Shown: positions 11,124-23,705, counted from the first letter of the stretch. The stretch: 42,542 nt of DNA from Eledone cirrhosa (GCA_964016885.1 CAXHJY010001415.1:1-42542); one strand, 5' to 3'. The notes: generated from the letters alone by a model not told the origin. Numbers and translations: made by a program.

Positions 11124-11907
11124 TGTAAATGTGGTTGGCATTAGGAAGGTCATCCAGCAGTAGAAACCAAGCCAGAAACAGTCTGTGTGAGTAAGACATG
11201 GTCACCTGACCCAACTTGCCTCAAATAGGAGAACCTGTCTAACCCATGCTAACGTGGAAAAATGGATGTTCAACGGTGATGATGATGATATATATATATA
11301 TATAACCACTATTATGATAAGTTTGGTTAAACCAGATAAACTGATTTGCATAAATAATGGTTTCAAATTTAAGTACAAGGTGAGCAGTTTGTGGAGAGGA
11401 GAGAAAGTTGATTATGTTGACCTCAGAAGGATGAAAGGCAAAGTTGACTTTGATGGGATTGGAACTCAGAACACAAGAGGCTGTAACTAATTGCTGTAAA
11501 ACCTTTTGTCCAATGCTCTAATGATTCTGTCAATCCACTGTCCTCAATTTGCATAAATAATGGATGTGCAATGTGAATGTGCGCGGACGACCAAGCATGG
11601 ATGAGTTGAGAGTGGAACTGTGTATAAAAGGAATAAACTGTAGTGTGCAGGAGAGAAGACACATTGGTATGGCCATGTGGTGTGCATGGATGAGGACTGC
11701 TGCTGGGTGAAGAAGTGCCAAGTAATCCTAGTGGAAGGAAGACACAGTTGAAGAAGACCACGAAAAGCATGGGCGGAGGTGGTGAGAGCTGATCTCCGAT
11801 TGCTGAAGCTCACAGAGGAGATGACGAGGGAGAGATGTTGTGCTGGAGAGGTCTCTTCCCACCCTTGCAAGCTGGGGAAAAGTGGGCGTAAAATGATGAT
11901 GACGATG
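11124..11907 (+). mobile_element. Cluster of RTE 3' fragments with (GAT)n tails and a degenerate minus-strand family A SINE (about 11395-11540)
   Basis: WYGHV motif region; ACCCATGCTAACGTGGAAAAATGGA end; GAT repeats at about 11277-11290 and 11894-11907. Confidence 0.75.
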
Positions 11908-12139
11908 AACGGATTCTTGGCAGTTATTTCTGTGAATAAATGACTGACATGTTAACAATGTTTTATTTTGATTTTATAATGTACTATAGAGTAAATATAA
12001 GATTTTAACCAAACATGCAGGCACATATTCTAGATAGTATCTGAAAATACATTGTCCATAAGCCAAGATTTTCATGATTAACTACTAGTTCATGATATTG
12101 CTGCACTTTACTGCCACTACAACGATCTCTAATGTAACA

Positions 12140-12285
12140 AATTGGTAGAGTTGTTAGAATGTTGGATAGAATGTTTCATGGTATTCATTCCAACTCTATG
12201 CAAGTCTTGGGTTCAAATCCTGTCAAAGTCAACTTTGCCTTTCATTCATTCTTTTCCGGTTGATAAATAAAGTACCAGTCCAGCA
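12140..12285 (+). mobile_element. Older SINE family A copy
   Basis: GGGTTCAAATCC...AACTTTGCCTTTCAT...GATAAATAAAGTACCAG. Confidence 0.75.
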
Positions 12286-12398
12286 CTACTTCCTTTCTCT
12301 CACTCTCACTTTCCTTCTTTCTTTGGAAGAAATCATCTGGAGAAGAATGAACTCTGCCAGGTTTAAATTCCCAAGACATCGTATGTCATTGACATCCA

Positions 12399-12591
12399 AG
12401 GGCGGTGGATTGGCAGTATAGGTAGGGGGTCGGACGCCCTGCCTTGACGCATAGAGTTATGGCCCTTGCCATTCTGAGTTCAAATCCCGCCGAGGTTAAC
12501 TTTGCCTTTCATCCTTACGGGGTCGATAAAATAAAGTACCAGTAATGCACTGGGTAATTGCTGGCCTTGTGCCAAAAAGTAGAAACAATTA
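12399..12591 (+). mobile_element. Full-length SINE family A with 9-bp TSD
   Basis: Near-identical to 6414-6601; TSD TGACATCCA at 12390-12398 and 12592-12600. Confidence 0.92.
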
Positions 12592-12748
12592 TGACATCCA
12601 TACAACTCCATCAGGAGTTAAGGTCTCTCAGACAACCATCTGTACAGCTTTGAACATACTGCCTACTCTATATTACTGTCATCTATATTGATTAGGTGTA
12701 TTTTCCTTTACATCTTATGTCACTTCCACCATGATTCTCCTTTTTGAG

Positions 12749-13068
12749 TCAGATCATCTTCCACCCAGTTCATCTTCTACCTGGATCATCTTCTACCTGG
12801 ATCATCTTCTACCCAGATCATCTTCTACCCAGATCATCTTCTACCCAGATCATCTTCTACCTGGATCATCTTCTACCCAGATCATCTTCTACCCAGATCA
12901 TCTTCTACCCAGATCATCTTCTACCCAGATCATCTTCCACCCAGATCATCTTCTACCCAGATCATCTTCTACCCAGATCATCTTCTACCCAGATCATCTT
13001 CCACCCAGATCATCTTCTACCCAGATCATCTTCTACCCAGATCATCTTCTACCCAGATCATCTTCTAC
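12749..13068. repeat. 16-bp tandem minisatellite (ACCCAGATCATCTTCT), about 20 copies
   Basis: Direct reading; explains ORFs 12731-13228 and 12744-13142. Confidence 0.95.
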
Positions 13069-13571
13069 AAACCCTACTAAACATATCACTTCTGCTAACA
13101 TGGTTCTATCTTTCTTTCCAAGTTTCGATTCTGACAATTTAAGACTCAAATTAGAAAAAAAGTATCTTTGTAGTTTTAATCTAGCCCATAAAGTGTTGAT
13201 GCCTGATTTTTACAGTTTTTTTCTGTAAATTTAAAACTGAATACAAATGAATTAGAAATTAGAATACTAATTAATATAAATATGTGTGTGGGTGAATGGA
13301 AATTTCAAATTTTTCAAATCTTATTTCTTTTTTGATGTATAAATCTTTAGATTTTTGTAACATTGTTTCATTCTGTCAAAAATATTTTTTCTCATTGTTA
13401 AAAGCATAAAACTGAAATGTGCCTCATGGCAATTAGAGTAATATTATAGATTGTTACATTGATTTTTCTAGAATATGGAAAATATTGCAAATTCCCTCCC
13501 TGTTTCTATCTTGTATCCATGAGTAAAAGATCTGCCTTTGGAACTTATATTGCATTACGCTGCAAGCATCT

Positions 13572-14060
13572 ATTCTCTCTCTTTCTCTCTTCCCCTCCCC
13601 TCCTCCTGTCTCTCCCACCCCCTCTCTCTCTATCTCCCCCTCATCTCTCTCTCTCTATCTCTCCTCTCTCTTTTTCTGTCTCCTCTCTTTTCACCTCTCT
13701 CTTTCTTCCCCCTCTATCCTTTTCTCTCTTTCCACCTCTCTCTTTCTTCCCCCTCTATCCTTTTCTCTCTTTCCACCTCTCTCTTTCTTCCCCCTCTATC
13801 CTTTTCTCTCTTTCCACCTCTCTCTTTCTTCCCCCTCTATCCTTTTCTCTCTTTCCACCTCTCTCTTTCTTCCCCCTCTATCTTTTTCTCTCTTTCCACC
13901 TCTCTCTTTCTTCTCCTCTGTCCCCTCTCTCTTCCTCATTCTCCTTTCCCTTTCTTCCTCCTCTCTCCTATCTCTTCTCCCCCTATCTTCCCCACTTTCT
14001 TTCCCTCTCTTTTCTCTCTTTCCCTCTCTTCTCTCACTTTCTCCCCACTCTCTCTTTCTC
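13572..14060. repeat. Polypyrimidine tract containing a 41-bp tandem repeat (about 5 copies, 13690-13912)
   Basis: TCCACCTC recurs at 13731, 13772, 13813, 13854 and 13895. Confidence 0.9.
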
Positions 14061-14092
14061 AGTATTTTTATTCTTCTAATTCTTCATTGTAG

Positions 14093-14208
14093 GCTTTTTG
14101 AAAAATACCAAATCAGATCCTGTCACCATAAAAATGAGTTGGGCATCGGAGATTTACCTACGTGCCCAAGCTCGTTTGGATAATAGATGGCTAACTATTA
14201 ACCTACAG
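14093..14208 (+). CDS. Putative exon, (G)FLKNTKSDPVTIKMSWASEIYLRAQARLDNRWLTINLQ
   Basis: Branch point and acceptor TTCTAATTCTTCATTGTAG|G; donor CAG|GTATGT; open frame ending in phase 0; ATG at 14134 in AAAATG context. Confidence 0.65.
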
Positions 14209-14234
14209 GTATGTATTTATTCTATATACTTTAA

Positions 14235-14631
14235 ACCTTTAGCATTTAAACCGGACATATCCGGCCAGAACTCTCTCACCCCTGTAACCGGCCGCTCATA
14301 CTGATGTTAAGGTATTGTTCTCAAAATAAATAATATCAAAATCTCATCGATTCGATATTATGTGAGATAATACCTTTACCATGAAAATACAATAGTAAAT
14401 ATAGAGTAATTGTTTCTAATTTTGGCACAAGGCCAGCAATTACCCCAGTGCATTACTGGTGCTTTATTTTATCACCCCCGTAAGGATGAAAGGCAAAGTT
14501 AACGTCGGCAGGATTTGAACTCAGGGCATAAAGGGCCATAACTCTATGCTGCAAAGCATAGTGTCTGATGCTCTACCGATACTGCCAATCCACCATGCTA
14601 TTAAATATAGAATAATGTAAATACTAAAAGG
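14235..14631 (+). mobile_element. piggyBac-type MITE interrupted by a family A SINE (14411-14601, minus strand)
   Basis: TTAA flanks; SINE bounded by 15-bp TSD TAAATATAGAGTAAT/TAAATATAGAATAAT. Confidence 0.85.
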
Positions 14632-15039
14632 TTAATTCTGATCTATAAATTATATATGTAAAATATTTAAATCATTTTATGATTAAATGTCAAGACCGAT
14701 CTTAAAAAAAAACTAAACCTCACAACAGATATGACTAAAGGCTGCAAGGACTGGTGCTATGTATTGCAGAAGAAGACCCAATGTGCAACATACAATGTGC
14801 CCCCTGTCCCCTGTTTCTACTACCACTCACTCACTCACTAACAGCTATTCTCAACACCACTACATCCTCCCACCACCACCACCAACACATTTTTAACCTC
14901 TGTCCCCTTGTGAAGTGGTTGATGGGAAGGGCATCCAGCCGTGGTGGATTTGGCAAACAAAGGGTTGGGAGGACCCTTCAGTCATGTCAAGGACATGACA
15001 GCCTCCCAAGTATTGGTGACCTACATGATAAACATGCCC

Positions 15040-15372
15040 AGTATATACTGTAAAGTGGTTGGTGATAGGAAGGGCATCCAGTTGTGAGCTTGCCAAATAG
15101 GTCAAGGTCGTGTTTGGTGACCTACACGCTAAATGCATCCAGTACACGCAATGAAGTGGTTGGTGTTAGGAAGGGCATCAAGCCGTAGAAAGTTGTGTCA
15201 AAGACATGACAAACTCTCCTGTGCACTCGGTAGAACGTGAGACTGTACATAAGCAAGATGCAGATGCCTGATCTGTCAGGGAGATCAGTAGTCCTACTTC
15301 AATACTGACTTGGTCTTTGTAGAGCCATCCAACGCTTGCTAGTGGGAAAAGAAGTTAAAACAATGATGATGC
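15040..15372 (+). mobile_element. RTE-type 3' UTR relic
   Basis: GTGGTTGGTGTTAGGAAGGGCATC motif repeated; ends in a TGATGATG tail. Confidence 0.65.
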
Positions 15373-15421
15373 TGAATTAAATATGCTGGATTAATTATAA
15401 ACTATGTTAATTTAAGTACAT

Positions 15422-15750
15422 CTTAAGCCTTTAGCATTTACATTACTCTATTTGTACAATTATATTTACTGTTATATTCTTATCATAAGGCATTAACTCA
15501 CATAATATCGAATCTATGAGATTTTGATATTATTTATTTTGAGAATAATACCATAACATCAGTATGAGTAACCGGTTACAGCCAGTTTGAACAGAAAGAG
15601 GTGAGAGAATTCTAGCTACTCATTGATGTTACGGTATTGTTCTCAAAATAAATAATATCAAAATTTCATAGATTCAATATTATGTGAGATAAAGCTTTTA
15701 CCATGAAAATATAATAGTAAATATAGAGTAATGTAAATGGTAAAGGGTTA
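15422..15750. mobile_element. Two piggyBac-type MITE pieces in inverted arrangement
   Basis: 15422-15618 is the reverse orientation and 15620-15750 the forward orientation of the MITE consensus. Confidence 0.75.
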
Positions 15751-15829
15751 TAGGTCTTATATAACTTCTACCTCTGGAATACAACTGGTTTCCTGCAGAC
15801 AAATTTTAATAAGTATTATTATAAGTTTC

Positions 15830-16025
15830 TTGTTGGGGCATCAGACAAAATGTTTTGTGGTATTTAGTTATGACTTTCTATGTACTGAGTTCAAATCCTG
15901 CTGAGGCCAACTTTGCCTTTCAACCTTCCGGTGTTGATAAAATAAATTACCAGTTAAATACTGGTGTCGATATAATCAACTTTCCCCCCATTCTCCCAAA
16001 CTGCTGCCTTTCTACCAATGTTAAA
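15830..16025 (+). mobile_element. Older SINE family A copy
   Basis: TGAGTTCAAATCC...AACTTTGCCTTTCA...GATAAAATAAATTACCAG. Confidence 0.75.
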
Positions 16026-16550
16026 AAAACACAAACTATTGAATACTTTCATTCATTAAATAGTCAAATATGAAAATACCCCTTCATCGTTTATATGAGA
16101 CATACATCTTCATTAACAAATCCAACATGAGCCAACCGAAATATCCCTGTATAATCGCTCGACCTACTAGAAATAGAAGCCGAATCTCCCCCAACTGATG
16201 TCCTACCGTCTTTAAAAAAAGGGAAATTCAGTGGATAATGAAGTTCGAGACAGGTATCTAAAAAAAGACATGGTTATGACAAGAACACCTTTGATCATAG
16301 GCCTTTGTATCAGTACTGACTTGAGGCTAAGCAACTAAATTTAACATGGTTTTGGGTTTTCATTTCATTAGTTAACCCTTTAGCATTTAAACTGGCCGTA
16401 TCCAGCCAGAATTCTCTCACATCTTTCTGTTCAAACTGGCTGTAACTGGTTGCTCATACTGATGTTAAGGTATTGTTCTCAAAATAAATAATATCAAAAT
16501 CTCATATATTTGATATTATGTGACATAAAGCCTTTACTGTGAAAATATAA

Positions 16551-17793
16551 TCTACTATGTAAATGGTAATTTCTGTCTGTTTGTGTGTAACCAGTTGGCG
16601 TCTAAACCAGTGATCCGATCCTGATGAAACTTTGCACACATGTTAAGCTAATATTCAGAAACAGGACTGGCTAATTGGATTTCAATAAAAATCAATAATG
16701 GAACCCCTGGGGACATTAAACCCTCCCTCCCACTACTCCCCTTCCTCCTCCCACAACTCAGTCCTCCAAAATTAGAGACAAGTGTGTGTGTGTGTGTTTA
16801 TCACCGTACTTAAATTAGAGACATATATATCCCAGTCTACTGTCTCATGTATGTATATATATATGATGCAAAAAGGGAAGGTTGTATGTGACACCTCGAT
16901 CTACTAGAAATATTAGCAAAATCCATTTCAAATCACAGCAAACAGTCTTACTCACACAAACACACACACATGCATATGTGTGTCATGGAAGCCACTATAA
17001 CTGTTGGTGTACCTAAAAGAAATAGAAAACAAATCTCCCTCAAACAAGATCCTACTGCCATAGAAGTAAAAGTTGGTGAAAGCTACAGTGTAAACATTTT
17101 AATTAACCCAGGCTCTGCCGCCAAGGAGCGTAAACTCTCCAAATATCGGTCGCTCTCCGACAGGTTTGTTGTTGAGCCCATAGCAATGGAGATTTCTGGA
17201 GTCCTTGGCTCTAGGGCTACCTCCCAACTCACCACCATTGGCACAGAGTTGGCTACTCGCAGGGGTGAGCCTCGTAAGCTGGAATGGATTTTCCAGCGCG
17301 TCTCCCTCACCATCCTCTATTCCGACTGCTGGGCGGCCAGCGCGTGGGCCCCAATTTGCTCATAATAGTGAGTGACGGGGAGATCGGGAGAGATGGAGGC
17401 AGTGACAGTGGGAGGTTGGTTCCTGGTGTATATGTATATATTTACCACACTTACACACATTTAAATAAACTTTCCTGAATTACAGAAATGAGTTAGTAAA
17501 AAAAAAGGATAAAATCTAAATTTATTTTTTGTTCATGCCCTTTTCACTGACAACATCCCTAATGATTCTTCCAAATGTCAAGCATTATATATGTTGACTG
17601 TAATAGGGAGCAGTATAAAAAAAATCACCACTGGACAAAACTAATGTTTTTATCTACATGATTTGCTTTAAACAAACGGCAATAAATATTCTGCTATAAT
17701 TCCTACTTTAGTTAAAATTCAGCAATCATATTTCAATGGTCAAATATTCTAACTTTAACAAAATACCTGGGAATCACTGGGTAACTCAGCTAG
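16551..17793 (+). mobile_element. Non-autonomous Helitron
   Basis: A|TCTACTAT 5' end; subterminal ACCTGGG...CTGGGT hairpin then CTAG|T; inserted between A and T with no TSD. Confidence 0.85.
17106..17365 (+). pseudogene. C-terminal fragment of a CRE-like non-LTR retrotransposon restriction-like endonuclease region
   Basis: PGSAA.ERK.SKY..L...F..EPIAME.SGVLG...WIFQRVSL matches the KY...P.A.E..G...FQR.S pattern of CRE-clade ORF ends. Confidence 0.7.
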
Positions 17794-17914
17794 TAGTATA
17801 TACAGAGAAATATAAATGGTAAAGAGTTAATGGTATTTATTTTATGTTGTGCCAATGTTAGAAAGAATTATTTTAAGTTTGTTTTCTTTGTGACTGTTTT
17901 CTGTTTATATGCAG

Positions 17915-17986
17915 GAATGGCGAGCCACATATATTCTAGCTACTAGAAAAAGTAAAATAAATGCTTCACCTTTGACGGAAGGATGA
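17915..17986 (+). CDS. Putative terminal coding exon, EWRATYILATRKSKINASPLTEG*
   Basis: Acceptor TTTTCTGTTTATATGCAG|G; phase 0 matches exon 14093-14208; unique UTR-like sequence follows. Confidence 0.55.
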   Translation, partial: EWRATYILATRKSKINASPLTEG

Positions 17987-18430
17987 CTCAAGAAGTGTTA
18001 ATCGGTCTTATATAGCTGCTGCCTGTATATATACAATAAGTCTCCTGTAGAAAATCTTATTTAGCATAATTATAAGTTTGAATTTTCTCCCTGACTGCTG
18101 CTCATGTGTAAACAGCTGGTTTTCTGTTGACAAATCCTTCATGTTTGACATTGTTGCTTGCTGCTTTGAAATACATTAAGATTTCTTGGAGGTTATGTTA
18201 TTTTGAATGTCTGCTGAAATAACACTGGCTGTGTGAACACAGCAAGAATGTGTTTTACTCACTTGGAGTATTGCCAAAAACTTTCATTACTCTTCTCCCT
18301 CCCTGTCTCTCTCTTTCATCTTTTTTTCTCTGAGACCTTCTTGTAGTCTTGGACTCTTATAATGAGATAATTTACTACTATTGTTTTAACATCTATTTAA
18401 CAAAGAAAGCATTTCCAAAATAACAGCAGT

Positions 18431-18431
<1 letters not shown>

Positions 18432-18510
<79 letters not shown>
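18432..18510. repeat. (CT)n microsatellite
   Basis: Direct reading. Confidence 0.95.
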
Positions 18511-18514
<4 letters not shown>

Positions 18515-19159
18515 CTAGCTTATATTGAAAGATAATAATAAGCATTTTTTAGTCTAGACCACTCAAACTATCTAATAGTCCCTCCCTTCCTCACTGATAT
18601 TTCTGAACTTAAAGAATTTCTGTGCATTTTAATTTATCTGTTAAGATAAAACTAAAATAAGATAAAATAAAACAAGCATTATTAACTCTTAACATTCTGT
18701 AATGATTTAGTAGAAAATATCTAAAAACACAGCTTTTGTTAATTCAGATAATTATAGTATCTTTACTAGCCAATAGATTTCATTAAAGATGTCAGATTTT
18801 CTAGAAAAATCACTTTGTAAATCTTCTCACATTTGATACGATTCTGATAAATGCATATTCACCAGAGGTAGGCTTCTTGTTATTGTATAGTTATATATAT
18901 ATAAAAGGAAGGAAAAAGCAAGGGCTCTGGGGTCACAGAATAATGGGAGGGGGAAGGGAGAGAGTGATGGGATCTAGGCCTAGGGCGTGGCTGATAGATT
19001 GTTGTGGAAATTCAGAGTATTACTTTAAATACTTTAATATTTAATGTGATGCAGTCATCAACCATAGTGATGTTTTGTACTTTTCTTTTTCAAGAATATC
19101 TTATTAATGCAGTTTCATGTGATACTGGATGTTAAAAGTTAATTCAATATAAAAAAAGA

Positions 19160-19338
19160 CAGTGCATTGGCAGAATCATTAGATCATTCACAATATGCTT
19201 CATGATATTTGTTCTGTTGCCTTTCATCCTTCTTTGGTTAATAAAATAAAGTACCAGTCCAGTACGGAGGTTACTATAATTGACTCCCCTGCAAAAAAAA
19301 AAGAAATGCTAGCTTTGTGCGTAAATTAGAAACCATTA
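19160..19338 (+). mobile_element. Degenerate SINE family A copy
   Basis: TGGCAGAATCATTAGA...TGCCTTTCATCCTT...AAAATAAAGTACCAG. Confidence 0.7.
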
Positions 19339-19641
19339 TCTACTAACATAATAGCCTTGTGTATTTGTCCGTAAGGCAGTAGAGATGACTGGGGAAGGAA
19401 GGGGTGATTATGTCGACTGAGGAAGGAGAGTGTGACGACGTCGACTGAGGAAGGAGGGGGTGAGAACCTATAGAAGTGCAGCATTCTAAAATTCATTACA
19501 GTTGTGTGTTTGTGTTACATGTGTAAGTGAGTGCGAAGGAACCAACCAACCAGCCAACCAACAAGCAAACAAACATTTTTTTTTAATATTATGTATAGAT
19601 GTTACAATTAGCCGTCATTTTTTACGGCAGAGGCCGGCTAG
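19339..19641 (+). mobile_element. Short non-autonomous Helitron
   Basis: A|TCTACTAACATAATAG 5' end; GCCGT...ACGGC hairpin then CTAG|T. Confidence 0.8.
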
Positions 19642-19919
19642 TTAATTTAATAAAGTTGTATCATTGTTTTAAGTTCTATTTAATAACTAAGAATTTTCTT
19701 ATCAGACCGATCAGAAGTTTATATATGAGATAGCTTTGTGGTTGTTGTGTTCAAATTTATAACAGGTATTCATATTTATTGCCCTTGATGAGCAGGTCAG
19801 TTCTATATTATTACTTCAGATTGAATAGATGTGAAGGATTTTCTATTTGAACTTGTGGGGAAGTTATCTTTCATATGTTGGTGTCCAATCTAGAAGAATG
19901 CCATCATTTAACCATTTTA

Positions 19920-20210
19920 CCATTTCTTCTTCTTCGCCCACTTATTCCTGAGAGAGGTCGTGGGGGCAGAGTCTTCAAACACTCCTTCCAGCAGGTCCTG
20001 TCAGAAGCAACCTTCTGTAACTGATCTGGCTGGATATCCAAGTGAGACCAGTCAAGTTCATGGATGTTGTCCAGCCATCTTCCTCGGAGTTTACCTTTGC
20101 ATCTCTTGCCAGTTGGTTTTGCCCATAAAATCTGTCCAGCGATTCTTTCCCGAGACATTCTAACCACATGCCCACAATATCGGAGCTGTGATCGCTAAAT
20201 TTGGAGGTAG
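19920..20210 (-). mobile_element. 3' end of a second RTE-type LINE with (GAA)n tail
   Basis: GHVVRMSRERIAGQILWAKPTGKR..G..R.RWLD; similar copies at 22400-22810, 30685-30955 and 31710-31955. Confidence 0.8.
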
Positions 20211-20216
20211 TGGCCT

Positions 20217-20381
20217 GAATTCTCTCAACACTTTCTGTTCAAACTGGCTTCTCATACTGATATTAAGGTATTGTTCTCAAAATATATAATATCAAAATCT
20301 GATAGATTCGATATTATGTGAGGTAAAGCTTTTACCATGAAAATACAATAGTATATATAGAGTAATGTCAATGGTAAAGGG
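20217..20381 (+). mobile_element. piggyBac-type MITE, 5'-truncated
   Basis: Consensus body ending GGTAAAGGG|TTAA. Confidence 0.8.
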
Positions 20382-20799
20382 TTAAATGTTTAAAAACATG
20401 AAATAAGTGTTGTCAACTGGCTCTTAAGCATGCTAGTAAAGTGACAAATTGGCAGTATTGTTAGAGCATCAAAGTAAATGGTTTTTTATTCTGGTTCTCT
20501 AAACCCTGAGTTTGAACCCTGGTGAATTTTGCCTTTCATTCTTATGCAGTCGATAAATAATGTACAAGTCCAAGAGTAGTGGATTGGTGCAGTTGTTAAA
20601 TCATCAGGCATGATGTTTGGCAGTATCTGCGTATTCTGTGTTCAAATCTTGCCTCCTATCTCTGGAAAAGTAGTGACTGTCCTGTCAGGAGCAGCAACCA
20701 TCAAATAGTATCAGCAATGGAAAAACCAATGGAAACAGTTTTCTTGATGATTTGAGAACCAGCCTATATCCTTTCCCCTTTTATAGTATTCTTTCAACA

Positions 20800-21120
20800 T
20801 CATCATCATCACCGTTTAATGTCTATTTTCCACGCTAGCATGGGTTAGACAAGTTGTCCTGTTGTGAGACAAGTCAGGTCAGATGACTGTGCCTTGCTCA
20901 TACAGAACTGTTTCTGGTTTGGTTTCTATGGCTGTATGCCCTTCCTAATGCCAACCACATTTACAATGTGGACTGGGTGGCTTCTATCGTGTCACCAAAA
21001 TGACTACTTTACATATGGACTGGGTGTTTTTGGCGCATCACCAAAATGACCACTTTACAGTGTGGTCTAGGCGCTTTTACTATGTCACCATCAAAACCAC
21101 TTTATAGGGTGAACTGGGGT
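20800..21120 (-). mobile_element. RTE-type 3' UTR relic
   Basis: (CAT)n then TTTTCCACGCTAGCATGGGTTAGAC, the reverse complement of the RTE terminus. Confidence 0.75.
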
Positions 21121-21154
21121 GTTAAATATAAATACTTCTGAAATGATTTATGTT

Positions 21155-21395
21155 GCTGAACCAGGTTCTTCTGATCTAGACTCTGCTGAACTAGTCTTTA
21201 CTGAACCAGGCTCTGCTGAACCAAGCTCTTCTGACCTAGACTTTGCTGAACCAGGCTTTCTGACCTAGACTCTGTTAAATCAGGTTCTGTTGAACTAGGC
21301 TTTGCTGAACCAGACTCTGGTGAACTAGATTCTGATGAACCAGGTTCTTCTGACCTAGATTCTGATGAATCCAGGCTCTTATGAACTAACTAGGC
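21155..21395. repeat. Degenerate 15-bp tandem repeat (CTGAACCAGGCTCTG-like), about 16 copies
   Basis: Direct reading. Confidence 0.85.
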
Positions 21396-21761
21396 TATGG
21401 TGTCCAGTCTAAGAAAATAGTAATTTCTCACCTGCTTAGTAAAATGAAATCAGTTCTAATCACTTCTTCCTAAAATCTCTGTATAGTTACTAATGGGAAA
21501 GGTGTCAACTAAAAAAGAAATTATACCGAAACTCTTATGAAATAAAGCTCAGCGTTCAGACAGATAGTGGGGTTCTGTATTATGTATGTATGGTCCCATA
21601 ACCCCTAACAGAGTTGTAGGAGCACCATATTGATATATGGCGTTTCTTGAGCATTTTAAGCCTGGCGGAGCCCATCCCTCTCCAGGCCTGAGTACAGCAG
21701 ATTTCTTCCAGAGAAAGATAGAAAGTGAGAGAGAGGAAATGAGAAAGAGATATAGAGGAAG

Positions 21762-21918
21762 AATTGACCCCAGTACTTGACTGGTACTTTTTTTTTATTG
21801 ACTTTGAAAGGATGAAAGGCAAAGTTGACCTTGGCAGTATTTAAACTCAGAGAGCAGAGAGCCGGAACAAATACCATAAAGCATTCTATTCAATGTTCTA
21901 ACGACTCCGCCAATTCTG
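21762..21918 (-). mobile_element. SINE family A copy
   Basis: Reverse complement core AAGGATGAAAGGCAAAGTTGACC...AACTCAGA. Confidence 0.8.
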
Positions 21919-22399
21919 TATTATAAACTTATCCAATCCATATCAGTATGGGAAAATAAGCTTAAAATTAGTGTTTGTATGTCATGTCACATTCTTTGTT
22001 CATTCCTAATATCCCGCTGTAAAGTATCAATGATGGTTGTAAGATAAAAGATAAACACATCAGTGCTGTAGGCAGCAGCAACGGTGGTGGTGGTGCTGGT
22101 GCTGGAGGTGGCGGTGTAAGATAAAAGATAACCTCAGTGATGATGTTGATGGTGATATATAATCATGAATCTCAATACCAACTGGACTTATAACGAGGGA
22201 GTCTCTATGTGGTTGCTCAATTTGCTAGAGATAACAGCCAGACATTCCCATCTTTCTATTTCTTCTTTTATTTCTCATTCTATCTTCTGATAAACAACTA
22301 ACAACCAATTCTGATGAACCAGGTTCTTACTGACTTTATTCCTATCATTTTCTAATGTATTATTTGCCTTCCTAAACTCCCTATCTTCAATTTGGTTTT

Positions 22400-22810
22400 G
22401 TGCCAACCCTTACCTATGGTCATGAATCTTGGGTAATGACCAAAATAATATGATCATGAATACAAGCGACCACAATGAAATTCCTCTGAAAGATCTTTGG
22501 AGTAACATCACTCCAGGCAGAGCTGCTACTTCTCCGAATTAAGAAACCACAGCTCCAATACTATGGACATGTGGTTAGAATGTCTCAGGAAAGAATCGCT
22601 GGACAGATTTTATGGGCAAAACCAACCAGCAAGAGACCGAGGGACCCTGAGAAAGATGGTTGGATAATATCCATGAGCTTGGCTGGTCTTGCTTGTGGAT
22701 CCAGCCAAGTCAGTTGGTGACAGTTGCTTCTGACAGGACCAGCTGGAAGGAGTGTTTCAGAACTCTGTCTCTATGACCCTCGCAGGAATAAGTGGGCGAA
22801 GAAGAAGAAG
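22400..22810 (+). mobile_element. 3' end of the second RTE-type LINE
   Basis: YGHVVRMSQERIAGQILWAKP; GGCGAAGAAGAAGAAG tail. Confidence 0.8.
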
Positions 22811-23426
22811 CCTTCTTATCTCTCAGCAATACTCCGCTTATCCACCAAACCATTGTTTTTTGCCTTCTCTATTACTCCATGTTTATTACCAATGTACCTC
22901 GTTCCTATAAATTATTGTACTTCTCAAACAGGAAGAATAGAACTTTCCATTCAGTTTCAGTGACACTCCTTCATATGTGTATCTGGTTTAGAATAGGTAC
23001 ATCATATTTGAACATGTTGTTAGGGTTGGCTAAAAGGGTTGGCAATTTTACACTACATTTTGGTTGATTTAGTCTCCAACCACCACTAGGTGTCTTATTC
23101 CTGGATATGTACATCGTGCCTGATTGGATTTCAACTTGGAATAACAGTAATAATGTTGTCATAATTATTATCATTATCATCATCATCGTCATCATTTAAA
23201 GTCCTGCTAAGGAAGGTTGAACAGGTCTTCACTGACCAAGTGAGTACTTAATGAAAGCTACTGGCCTCTCAGATCAGTTGAGCACCTAATTCTCGTTTAC
23301 CCTAGAGAGTGCACTGGGAGCATTTCATTGTGATACTGGCCCTAAGGAAGTTGTCATGTCTTCAACAGCTAAAAGAAGAGACCAAGTTTAGAAGAAAAAA
23401 AAAATCATACTTCTGATCTAGTACTA

Positions 23427-23545
23427 CAGGTAAAATTTTGTTATAATGAAATTTTTTTCAATCCCCGAAGTAATAACAAACAAATGCTTGATTTGTTTCA
23501 GTTGATCTCGTTACAACAAATTTTTTTTTATCCGGAATTTCACTG
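23427..23545. mobile_element. Degenerate Tc1/mariner (pogo-like) MITE
   Basis: TA|CAGGTAAAATT...GGAATTTCACTG|TA. Confidence 0.45.
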
Positions 23546-23705
23546 TACAGCTAATGTACATCCAATTTAATATCTATAAATGAGGACAGCTGTTTAAAAA
23601 GATTATAATACTGTATTTATTTGTGTATTATATGCCCCGTAATGTACATTCCTAATGAGGTTGAAATCACGGAATTCTTTCATCTTTTCTTTAGTATTAT
23701 TTTAA

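Larger units (their letters stand above)
16376..17826 (+). mobile_element. piggyBac-type MITE split by a Helitron (MITE = 16376-16550 plus 17794-17826)
   Basis: TTAA|CCCTTTAGCATTTA start; consensus resumes GAAAATATAA|TAGTATATACAGAG...AAAGAG|TTAA after the insert. Confidence 0.85.

Noticed and set aside
12731-13228. Repetitive 165-aa and 132-aa ORFs; CRISPR-like appearance
   Set aside because: Pure 16-bp tandem repeat with no spacers; ORFs arise because the unit has no stop codon
13459-14092. Leu/Ser/Pro/Phe-rich ORFs
   Set aside because: Translation of a polypyrimidine tract
23306-23429. Possible exon with AG and GT boundaries
   Set aside because: Starts with RTE UTR repeat sequence, has an in-frame stop, and the donor lies in a MITE end
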